A DNA stretch of 55,134 nt, taken from contig JBEEHI010000138.1 of the NCBI GenBank assembly GCA_041167305.1, positions 1 to 55,134 of the forward strand, read 5' to 3'. Positions 19,501-26,272 of the stretch are shown one piece after another. The translations under genes were made by a program, and so were the position numbers. The stretch comes from Verrucomicrobiota bacterium (lineage in GTDB: Bacteria > Verrucomicrobiota > Verrucomicrobiia > Chthoniobacterales > UBA10450). Within the stretch, counting starts at the first letter, position 1; each line of letters begins with the position of its first letter. The notes beneath the pieces were generated by a model. It made no database searches, was not told where the DNA came from, and worked only from the letters and a program-made list of their open reading frames with translations.

Positions 19501-20105
19501 GAACGCCGACGCGTTTCCGAATGCTCGTTCCCAGCACGGCCACGAGTAATGCCATCAACGCGCCACCCGTCTTCATCGTTCACGGCCATAACTGGCTGGA
19601 AGAGCCCTACGTTTTCGATTCCTCGAAAATCGGCTCTAATCCGCTTTCCGAAACACAGGGCGCCGTGCAAGGCGGCGTAGGCCAGAAGTTCGATCTGGTC
19701 TTCCCCAGCGCCGGTGGTCGCAATAAAGTTGCGGGCGATTATCTTTACACCACGTACCAAACCGCCGGGCGGGCCGGCACCTGGGGCCTCTTCCGGGTAA
19801 CGCCGTACCAAGTGGCGATCGAGAAAGCGACTCTCGTGAAAGACACGGTCGAGGTGAGCGGAACAGTGCAGGCGGCGACGACGGTAGGCGGTGGCGTCAT
19901 GCCAAAGAATTTGCTGTTAACGATCGCCAGCGAGAAGAACGCCGGGGCCGAGGCGGGAACCCCCAGAACCATCAAGGTCAATGATGGAAAATGGTCGTAC
20001 AAGGGCACGACAAAGCTTCTCGCGCCCGCGCGCGTCCAAGTCACCGCGTTTGGAGACGACAATTTGGTTGCCGCCACCAGTTCAGCGATACTCACCGCCC
20101 GCTAG
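13569..20105 (+). CDS. giant secreted multicopper oxidase-like protein (2,178 aa; MnxG-like large MCO)
   Basis: ATG 13569 with GAGGAA 7 nt upstream. Signal peptide MRYTHLFRLGSAVALLAFALGPAAPA. Copper motifs HVHHLHAH (15558-15581), HCHFYPHFAQGM (15720-15755), HIH (16755-16763), THDHFGPSTHQQAGLYAGMIVEP (HDH at 17175-17183), HAFQIHG (18207-18236) and HGH (19581-19589). Confidence 0.85.
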   Translation: MRYTHLFRLGSAVALLAFALGPAAPAKEAPVVCNRTIKVQIVAFDQPWMWNRLGAAQPGGMIYALARDVVKNMDGSPLPDDLKALKPEDSKSLCGGVRLRDGKRARPLVLRANKGDCLEITFLNLLQPDPVAADNRLPAAATRFAGIHAAGMELGDKSSDSSWVGNNPSSLAENGQTKIYKWYAAEEGTFLIYSAADMESGYQAKEGLFGAIHVEPEGAEWYRSQITHDDLEQATLTEADLKEYSQKLVGASVAADPPPKTAEKIAPAAEKPPPGAENFTKKTLESYVADKRSSVTVFVDEKGAGGKRIHTATGQPRIYYNALYPAKEQKRGVPVLQMLQVNPVGAALYDQPLQKQNPADYIEEVSDLDAGIIPAKLRALFKDKKQELSPGAKVVEQYRYSWLITDEGKAFYVTANLPSTAQVAQARQLQIFAAELELIYSDLTAVITGPNAGRFSYANTSPTFRENPASPDRRQPYREYTIIYHQAFFATQSFASFANANLVNVIQPGADNFAINYGSAAIGPEIVANRLGVGPMGNRDAVDLKFEEFFLSAWAVGDPAMVVDHPANASNAMVGSPSLDEHSALRTQVPPGSVAQQLAAAHAPPLPRPAQVSPPGSDDFAPLPAPPVKATKAFFPADPSNVYHSYMNDHVKFRILHAGPGPSHVHHLHAHQWLRSPDSDDGHYLDSQLIVPGSAFTLEITYNGSGNRNKTVGDAIFHCHFYPHFAQGMWAMWRVHDVFEGGTLLDKNGVPLSGVNRALPDGEIEHGTPIPAIVPLPTLGMAPMPAEVELTDLSPWSPGGQGRRVLVHKEKDGTYRSPGYPFFIPGVAGHRPPHPPLDFAWLEEPDTGKAILSPSPSPDPSPGKDRKIYLDGGLPRHLVLDGKVVKEFHTRWDFSKDTALRDKDGNIIPGGELSAFELPEEGTPVELAAMKEHATRTRPTTQPNGDPGNFILNGLPPTPGAPYADPAVTDEGNANPHRRRYQAAVFQIDTVLNKKGWHYPQQRMISLWQDVKPTVDTTRPPQPFFFRTNTSDSIQYWHTNLLPSYYELDDFQVRTPTDIVGQHIHLVKFDVTSSDGAENGFNYEDGTYAPDEVQERIASINAKGGLFAFDPATGFVNKAAQQTLTPKKVKDYYPPPDSKYAGLDGNGVPTWTNPNPNVLSVFGPPTGRSDAWDGAQTTIQLWEVDALLNNEGVDRTLRTVFTHDHFGPSTHQQAGLYAGMIVEPENSEWYLPDGLRMNTRLDGGPTSWHGYIVTDDPKDSYREFVLEFQDMQLAYTKESRKKPSAKMFDPDLDPKDCGENGKECSSPAFDIAQAHSIAGIKITYLPLYVADLDQGKLPVPPPQAIGAAPFTELFPQFGIPLSKNATVAVVTKGEKWTITEAANEINGKASDGKATKYIVRATFEANPTTGGKTIKQLLVYTPDISPGWADAKFALNAPGDNENAGNGPPFAQIVSQNQNGTYSLNYRNEPVPFRVACPPNMTENADLALAFSSIKRSDADLNIQPDGKPGFPKTPLVPNAKGTDPYTPLLEAYVNDRVQIRTLVGAHTQAHAFQIHGVKWLYEPDNPNSGWRNAQLMGLSEHFEMIFDLPGTTFKHGGPNPVPDPQMPPFADYFYSPSSDIVGLNNGLWGIMRSYGAPVPGVQPLPNNPKPASNVENDLFKDGYDKAPKALRQDFKVTAVTADVLPNGNLIYNGRDPGSQLSTNEAVLFVRTDDLDPTTKKLKSSVPVEPLILRAAAGQWIKVTLHNAFDVKSKALTDIETLPYGTPFTGGPDAPEPGLKTSAKVGLHPQLVGFDPINANGVLVGFNPKDRLVDPGQTRDFYWYAGELRRDENGKIQAQPIEFGGTNLTSADQLLQPQFGMVGALIIEPEGATWTEDVSSRASATVKFPGGADFREFVVIDQNMVANSAADNSVLASVAGSAIGAINYRSEPFGIRGVPSNAQNFPQPAPQGYAQAFSNSMFNPPADPQTPVFVAAAGTPTRFRMLVPSTATSNAINAPPVFIVHGHNWLEEPYVFDSSKIGSNPLSETQGAVQGGVGQKFDLVFPSAGGRNKVAGDYLYTTYQTAGRAGTWGLFRVTPYQVAIEKATLVKDTVEVSGTVQAATTVGGGVMPKNLLLTIASEKNAGAEAGTPRTIKVNDGKWSYKGTTKLLAPARVQVTAFGDDNLVAATSSAILTAR

Positions 20106-20107
20106 CG

Positions 20108-20968
20108 ATGTGGGAAATTGGCATCCTGCGCGGCGCGTCGCCGCTGGAGTGGACGCCCGCCGCCGAGGGGAGGAACCCCATCCTCACCGCCAGCGACATC
20201 ACGGACGTGAAGGCGGAGTTCGTGGCGGACCCGTTTATGATTCGCGTGGGAGAGCTTTGGTATCTTTTTTTCGAGGTGCTGCCGGAGAAGAGTGATCGCG
20301 GTGAGATCGGGCTGGCCATCAGCCGCGACACCGCGAACTGGGAATATCAGCGGATCGTTCTGCGCGAGCCATTCCATCTCTCCTATCCGCACGTCTTTGC
20401 CTGGAACGGAGATTACTACATGATTCCCGAGACGCTCGACGCGCAGGAGGTGCGCCTTTATCGCAGCGGAAATTTTCCCTTCGATTGGGAATTCAAGCAT
20501 ACGCTCATTTCCGGTCAGTATGCCGACCCGACGATTTTCCGGCACGATGATCGCTGGTGGCTGTTCGCCTGCGACACACCGCACGCGCACCGGTCGCTGC
20601 GGCTGTTTAGTGCGCCGGACTTAACCGGGCCATGGGAAGAACATCCGTCCAGCCCCATCATCGCGGATAAACGTTCCCAGGCTCGGCCGGCCGGGCGCAT
20701 CCTGTCTCACGCGGGCCGAACGGTGCGCTTCGCCCAGGATTGCGAGGAGCAATATGGCAATCGCGTGTGGGCTTTCGAAATCACTCAACTCACCCCCGAC
20801 GCTTATCGCGAAATCCCGGCTTCGTCGCGGCCGGTGCTTGATGCGGGAAACCGGGGCGGATGGTGGACGCAGCGGATGCACCACATCGACGCTCACCATA
20901 CCGCCGGAGAAGGCTGGGTGGCATGCGTGGATGGGTGGGGTGGAAGGCCGAAGGAGAACGGCCAATGA
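20108..20968 (+). CDS. GH43-like five-bladed beta-propeller family protein (family seen in polysaccharide loci)
   Basis: ATG 20108 lies 2 nt after the MCO stop. 286 aa. FVADPFMIRVGELWYLFFEV, YPHVFAWNGDYYMIPE, ADPTIFRHDDRWWLF. Confidence 0.5.
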   Translation: MWEIGILRGASPLEWTPAAEGRNPILTASDITDVKAEFVADPFMIRVGELWYLFFEVLPEKSDRGEIGLAISRDTANWEYQRIVLREPFHLSYPHVFAWNGDYYMIPETLDAQEVRLYRSGNFPFDWEFKHTLISGQYADPTIFRHDDRWWLFACDTPHAHRSLRLFSAPDLTGPWEEHPSSPIIADKRSQARPAGRILSHAGRTVRFAQDCEEQYGNRVWAFEITQLTPDAYREIPASSRPVLDAGNRGGWWTQRMHHIDAHHTAGEGWVACVDGWGGRPKENGQ

Positions 20969-21726
20969 ACGAGCCTATTCAGAGCCTTTGGGTCGGAGGG
21001 GAGCTTTCGCCGATGGAACAGCTTTCGATCGCCTCTTTTCTCGCGCACGGGCACCAGTACCATCTTTACAGCTATGGCGAGGTCGGCAATGTTCCCGAAG
21101 GCGCGATCCTGAAAAGCGCAGAAGCGATTCTGCCGCGAGCCGCTGTCTTTCAATACAGGAAGCATCCGAGTTACGCCGCCTTCTCAAACTTTTTTCGCTA
21201 CAACCTTTTGTTGCAAAAAGGTGGATGGTGGTCCGACACCGACGTGGTTTGCCTGAAACCGTTCGCGTTCGACGAGCCCTACGTCTTCGCCTCGGAGCAA
21301 ATCCATGGCGGCGAGGTGGCCGCGAGCGCCGTTATCAAAGTACCCGCCGGGAGTGAGATTATGGCATTCAACTGGCATCTCTGCCTGGCCTCTCCCGATC
21401 CGGCCGCGGCGGCTTGGGGCCAGTTCGGCCCGAAATTGATGGCGCGCGCCATCAGCAAATTTGGTCTCAGCCCATTCCTGCTGCCCGCGAACGTCTTCTG
21501 CCCGTTCTCGTACGACGAATGGGAAACAGTGCTCGCCCCGCGCGAGATCACCTTCGGGGAAGCGACGCACGCGGTGCACTTGTGGAACGAAATGTGGCGC
21601 CGCAGCGGCCGCGACAAGCGAGCGGCGCACGACCCGGATTGCCTCTACGAACGCCTGAAACGCACCTACTTCATCGAACCTCAAATCGTCCCTAACATCC
21701 CATGCTATGAAAATACCTGCCCTTGA
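20965..21726 (+). CDS. glycosyltransferase family 32-like (DXD sugar-binding region)
   Basis: ATGA overlap at 20965. FSNFFRYNLLLQKGGWWSDTDVVCLKPF. Confidence 0.7.
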   Translation: MNEPIQSLWVGGELSPMEQLSIASFLAHGHQYHLYSYGEVGNVPEGAILKSAEAILPRAAVFQYRKHPSYAAFSNFFRYNLLLQKGGWWSDTDVVCLKPFAFDEPYVFASEQIHGGEVAASAVIKVPAGSEIMAFNWHLCLASPDPAAAAWGQFGPKLMARAISKFGLSPFLLPANVFCPFSYDEWETVLAPREITFGEATHAVHLWNEMWRRSGRDKRAAHDPDCLYERLKRTYFIEPQIVPNIPCYENTCP

Positions 21727-22201
21727 TTCGCTTCGTCTCCTTTGTCTCCTCGCCTTATTGGTTCCATTCACGGCCTGGTCGCAAGGCAGCCCGCCACCGG
21801 AAACCGATGCCTCGGCTACCGTGGAACTGCTCGCGACCGTTCCCGAAAAAGGGGCCGAGACGAAAGATCTCGGTGAAACTCTTAAGCTCAATGCTTCCGG
21901 CCCCACGTTCGTCTGGGCCAAGGTTACTTTGAACGGAGTGAAAAACGCCCAGGGACTCAGATTCTTCGTTGAATGGCAGATCAAGGATGGAAGCGACTGG
22001 CGGCCACTCCGTGCGGACCACCCGCGCAAACCGCTTGATATCAGTCTGTCATCTCCAAACTCTCCAGTTTTCCAAAAAACCAATTTGCAAAGGCTGGTTT
22101 CGCAAGAGCTGAAGCCCTCGGACAAAGGCACGCTTCGAGTACGAGTGCTATACGGGGACGACAAGGAACTGGCTCAGGACGAAGTAACGCTGGCAAAGTA
22201 A
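21707..22201 (+). CDS. secreted hypothetical protein
   Basis: 164 aa. Signal peptide MKIPALDSLRLLCLLALLVPFTAWSQG. No recognisable domain. Confidence 0.6.
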   Translation: MKIPALDSLRLLCLLALLVPFTAWSQGSPPPETDASATVELLATVPEKGAETKDLGETLKLNASGPTFVWAKVTLNGVKNAQGLRFFVEWQIKDGSDWRPLRADHPRKPLDISLSSPNSPVFQKTNLQRLVSQELKPSDKGTLRVRVLYGDDKELAQDEVTLAK

Positions 22202-22243
22202 ACGTTTGCGAGGGACCCAGGAAATCTCCCTGCCGCTCTCGGC

Positions 22244-23008
22244 GTGTCGAGAACGACCATGATCGTCCTACAATTCGACGCCGCTTATTACGAATGGGGA
22301 CTGCTTATGATCCGTTCTCTCGCCTTGCATGAGCCGCGCAAAAAGGTGCTCGCCGATACGGTGAACTTGAGCGGCGTCCAACGCGCCAGACTGAAGCAAG
22401 CGCATCCGCGCATTCTGGTCACCAGTGAAACATTGGCGAGCGAGGACTCGCTGCGCGAGGAGATGGCGCGCCGCAAGACGATGGTCTTGCAACGGGCGAT
22501 GGATACGTTCCCGGCTGAACCTTGGTTCGGGATGTTCGATGCGGACATGCTTGTGCGCCGGCCACTTCCCGACCTTTGGTCTTTGCTCGATAACCATCAG
22601 GCGGCTCTCTTCATGACCGATGGTGTTTGGCGGGGCCGTGTCTCCCCGGATGGGTTTACACCTTCCGGGATCGTGTTGGTGCGCCGCGATGGGCGGGAGC
22701 TGGTAGATAACTGGGTCAAATGGGACAGTTTTCCGAGCGAACTCTATTCGCATCAACCGGGGGATTGGTATTGGGATCAATGCACTCTGCTCCAGGCCCG
22801 GGACGAGTCGCAGGTCGATTGCGCCGTCATCCCCCTCCACCGCTTCTCTTGTAATCGTTGTTTGGGCGACGCGGCCATCTGGTCGGGCCATAGTGCAGGC
22901 AAGGAGCGCAATTACCGGTATTTTCTCATCGAGCACGAAGTGCAGCGGGTGTTCCGGTTCCATCCATCGCTCAAAGGCAGGTTTGCCTGCAATGGATCTC
23001 GAGCGTAA
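22244..23008 (+). CDS. hypothetical protein, possible nucleotide-diphospho-sugar transferase (DxD)
   Basis: GTG 22244 (alternative ATG 22259). FGMFDADMLVRRPLPDLW is DxD-like. Preferred over the antisense ORF 22268..22963. Confidence 0.45.
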   Translation: MSRTTMIVLQFDAAYYEWGLLMIRSLALHEPRKKVLADTVNLSGVQRARLKQAHPRILVTSETLASEDSLREEMARRKTMVLQRAMDTFPAEPWFGMFDADMLVRRPLPDLWSLLDNHQAALFMTDGVWRGRVSPDGFTPSGIVLVRRDGRELVDNWVKWDSFPSELYSHQPGDWYWDQCTLLQARDESQVDCAVIPLHRFSCNRCLGDAAIWSGHSAGKERNYRYFLIEHEVQRVFRFHPSLKGRFACNGSRA

Positions 23009-24019
23009 CTACGAAATGCCGACGGCAAACTGCGCTGGTCCAAGCTTCAACTTCACCCAGCGGCGGGCGTGCCGCTTTGGGACCGAAGACCAAAGCGCGA
23101 TTTCTTTCGTCAGCTCGGTCACATAATCGCGCGCCATTCTGAGGTAGTGATAATGTTCCAGGGCGAGGACGCGGCAAGCCAGCGGTGAGATGCGGCCGAT
23201 ATTTTCAACGGCACAAACGTAGTCACCGAAATTCGAACAGACAAAGCCCGCTTCAGGCGGCACGAGTTCCGGACACGCACCGCGATCGCTGCAAATGACC
23301 GGCGTCCCGGACATCAACGCTTCGGCGACCACAAGGCCAAAGGTCTCGTTGGCGAGAGTGGGAAAAAGTAAGGCGCGCGCGCCGGCAAATAGCTCCGCCT
23401 TTCTCTTGCCTGAAACGTGCCCGACATAAGTGATGCCTTCCTGCGCAAACATCTGCAAGATGGCTGGCGCCGGCGGTTGATCGGGGGAACCGCCGGCCAC
23501 CACGAGCTTGAGCCCGCAAGCACGTACCAGCGACCTCGCCACCTCGAAACCCTTAAGCTGCAAAGTAGCCATATTGGCCACGACAAAGAGAAAATAATCG
23601 CGCTTGGTTTCCGAATAAATTAGTTCGCTTGGGTCGATGCCATTGGTGACATAGCGGCGCCGATAGAACGATGACGCGTGCGCCTTGGAGACAAAAATCC
23701 AATTTCGCCGTATGTGCCGCCAGATTCGATCCCGAGGTTTACGTGGAGAATGGTAAGGACGCACCCAGGGAACGCCGCGCGTCTCCGGCGAAGTCCACGG
23801 ACTGTAGTCCTGGAGCACCATGGCATCGACGTTGTAGCGCCGCTTTCGGACGAGCTCGACACCCTCGGGCAGCCGGGTGGCGGCGCCGCCTTCGAGTTTA
23901 TAAATAACGGTGTGTCCCAGCTCGGCCAAGCCTTTCGCCAGGCAGTCTGCGATTCGGTCGGATGCCATGCCGCCGTCGCTTGCTGGATATCGGTGGCCCG
24001 AAGCGATGAGAATTTTCAT
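23009..24019 (-). CDS. glycosyltransferase family 4
   Basis: 336 aa. ETFGLVVAEALMSGTPVICSDRGACPELVPPEAGFVC. ATGA overlap with the upstream 719-aa gene. Confidence 0.85.
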   Translation of the reverse strand: MKILIASGHRYPASDGGMASDRIADCLAKGLAELGHTVIYKLEGGAATRLPEGVELVRKRRYNVDAMVLQDYSPWTSPETRGVPWVRPYHSPRKPRDRIWRHIRRNWIFVSKAHASSFYRRRYVTNGIDPSELIYSETKRDYFLFVVANMATLQLKGFEVARSLVRACGLKLVVAGGSPDQPPAPAILQMFAQEGITYVGHVSGKRKAELFAGARALLFPTLANETFGLVVAEALMSGTPVICSDRGACPELVPPEAGFVCSNFGDYVCAVENIGRISPLACRVLALEHYHYLRMARDYVTELTKEIALWSSVPKRHARRWVKLKLGPAQFAVGIS

Positions 24020-26175
24020 GCGGCCACTGCGCGCTCAGATGTGGGTGTCCCAGGCAAATACAGAAACGCGTAGCGCTTCACCACATCGCCATGTTTCTCC
24101 AGCGCGGTCAGATAATTCTCAATTACCTCCTCATCGTATTTCCGGCGCGAAAGATAGGTTTGCGTGCGCGCTTTCCATTCCGCCAGTTGAGCGCCGTCGT
24201 CGCAGGCGCCCAGATAGTCGGCCACGATCGCGTTCCAATCCCGTAGGTGGCGAAGATACGATTTCGAAAAAAGCCGCCGAACTTTCGGATCGCGCTCCAG
24301 CGCCTGGCGAGTGCGCCAGCAGGCGATCTTCATCGCTTCGTTCAGATAATCATAGCCGCGGGCGCGCTCCGCCTCCGTCACGTGATAAATCTGCGCGAGG
24401 AAAAACAGGTCGCTCCGGGCGATCTGTTTCGGGCGTCCCGGGTTGCCGCGGATGAAGCACTCGTCCAGCACCGCTGTTCTCAAGGCGCCCTGGGGCCAGA
24501 ACACCTCTTCGTCTTCCTCCGGAACAAACAGATTATCATGGTCCATGGAAAGGAGCCGCGAAGTCCATTCGCCTCGGACGAACGTGCTCTTGAGACCCAC
24601 ATTACGGCCTACGAATGATTCTCCGTAGGTAAAGCCCCCGAGGGCGAGAACCGTGCCCCAGAGCAGGCCAAGATCGGAGACCGCCCCCGCATGAAGAAGA
24701 TCCGCGCGCCGTCGGTTTTCCGGTACAGCGAAGGCCGCTGCGAGGTATTGAGCGTGATCTGCGTAGGCGACCGCGGGCGCTTGATAAATGCCCAGCACTT
24801 CATCGAGCAGCGCATCGGCGAAACGCCGCGCCTCGTCGCGGCTGTAACATTCCCGCTTCAGTCCGCGCTGAAAATAAATCTCTGCGCCTGCGTGGGAGAA
24901 ATATTTCGTGAGCGTATCGAGGCGGTAGGAAGTGGTTTGCGCGAGCAGGCCCTGGCACGGCAGAACATGGTAAAGGAAGCGGCCGGTGAGTCCCGCCTCA
25001 CCCGGCAGATGAGCGAAGTCGCGGCCGAACTGCTGGTCGAACGCGGAAATGCATTGCTTCATCTGCTGCCGCATCTCTGGATGGCCGGCGCCAAAAACTT
25101 CCGGGTCGGTAAAGTAGTCGAGCAGGTGAACGTCACGGCCCTGACACGGCACCGTTCTATAACTCGCCAGCGCGAGCAATTTGGAGATGGGGGCTTCACC
25201 GCCGTGCGCCGCGCGATAGACTTCCGAAAAGATTGCGGCGTGGTTCGATTCCCAGCGCAGGCCCGCGGTGGAAGCGCCGCCCTGTAAACGATGCGACGGC
25301 GGGACGGCTTCGCCTTTGTGGGCAAACGAAGCCGAGAGCGGGAAAGAACCGCGAAGACCCGTGCGCTTGATCTCGATTTCCAGCGAGCTGCCCGGTGGTT
25401 TCACCACGCAAACGACCGTGCCAATTGGATTCTCGAGCAGGCGATTGATCGCGGAGGAGGTCCGTTCGCAGGCCCAATAAACCCTCGCGCGCTGGCTCAG
25501 GCGCCGCACGATTTCCCGTTCATAGGCTGGCAGGTGCGACAGGTACCGCTCCGCTTCCGCCTCGCCGAGATCTTCCAGCGGGGAGGTGAGACCCGAGGAA
25601 ACTTGCAACTGCTTCCACACCCGCTCCACCACTTCCGCCGGCGTGAAAAGGTGGCGGGCGAGGGCGACTTTGCAGGGATCACGAGAGATGACGATGAAGT
25701 CGTCGAGCGCTTGGGTCGTCGTGTCAAAACCGCACAAACCGCGATGGGTTCGCTCAAGCCGGCGAAGATGGTGCCGAAATTGGACGCTGAAGGCGCGGAG
25801 TTCGGTGGAGGTGTAACCCTGCCGCAGCACGTCGGCCTGCACGCCGCGCGCGTCGGATTCCAACAATCCCAGGCTGGCGAAAAGCGAGGTGAATTCCTCA
25901 CTGGCATCGATCGGGAGCCGGAGGCATTGATTGGCCAGCATCAGGGCAGCAAACAAACGGAGGTTCCATGAAGCGCCGCCGCCGCCACGCCCGAGCCGCA
26001 CCAGCTCGAGGGCAAAACGCCGTTCGTAATGATTCAGCGCAAGGAATGCGCTGACCACATCCGCAGCGAGCGGTTCGCCGGGGAAGCGGGCGGCCACGAC
26101 CTGCGCCAAATTCGCGGGAAGCGGCGGGCCGGCCTCGCGGCGGCTGAAAATCTCGCCGGGGGGATGTGCGGGCAT
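24016..26175 (-). CDS. large hypothetical protein (719 aa), no family recognised
   Basis: Long ORF with ordinary, non-low-complexity composition, translationally coupled to the GT4. It contains only weak kinase-like strings (VVCVVKPPGSSLEIEIKRTG, SMDHDNLF). Confidence 0.6.
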   Translation of the reverse strand: MPAHPPGEIFSRREAGPPLPANLAQVVAARFPGEPLAADVVSAFLALNHYERRFALELVRLGRGGGGASWNLRLFAALMLANQCLRLPIDASEEFTSLFASLGLLESDARGVQADVLRQGYTSTELRAFSVQFRHHLRRLERTHRGLCGFDTTTQALDDFIVISRDPCKVALARHLFTPAEVVERVWKQLQVSSGLTSPLEDLGEAEAERYLSHLPAYEREIVRRLSQRARVYWACERTSSAINRLLENPIGTVVCVVKPPGSSLEIEIKRTGLRGSFPLSASFAHKGEAVPPSHRLQGGASTAGLRWESNHAAIFSEVYRAAHGGEAPISKLLALASYRTVPCQGRDVHLLDYFTDPEVFGAGHPEMRQQMKQCISAFDQQFGRDFAHLPGEAGLTGRFLYHVLPCQGLLAQTTSYRLDTLTKYFSHAGAEIYFQRGLKRECYSRDEARRFADALLDEVLGIYQAPAVAYADHAQYLAAAFAVPENRRRADLLHAGAVSDLGLLWGTVLALGGFTYGESFVGRNVGLKSTFVRGEWTSRLLSMDHDNLFVPEEDEEVFWPQGALRTAVLDECFIRGNPGRPKQIARSDLFFLAQIYHVTEAERARGYDYLNEAMKIACWRTRQALERDPKVRRLFSKSYLRHLRDWNAIVADYLGACDDGAQLAEWKARTQTYLSRRKYDEEVIENYLTALEKHGDVVKRYAFLYLPGTPTSERAVAA

Positions 26176-26272
26176 ATCCCTCTATTTCCAACAAAACGAG
26201 ATGCCGCGCCAAGCACAATTTCCGCCAGATTTAGATTGAAGCTGGAAGTGGAAACTCCCTACCCTTGCAGCC

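Noticed and set aside
13569-20105. Calling the MCO a CueO/CopA-type copper-resistance oxidase.
   Set aside because: It is about four times too large. It has no methionine-rich insert that I can see. No copB, copC, copD or cusCFBA genes are nearby. The accessory genes are SCO- and cytochrome-type rather than resistance-type.
23006-23011. Convergent genes 22244..23008 (+) and 23009..24019 (-) have directly abutting stop codons (TAACTA) with no terminator. I considered whether this indicates a mis-called gene.
   Set aside because: Both ORFs are long, and the GT4 is unambiguous. Its C-terminal tail may be slightly over-extended. Abutting convergent stops occur in compact genomes, so this is not informative enough to report as a finding.
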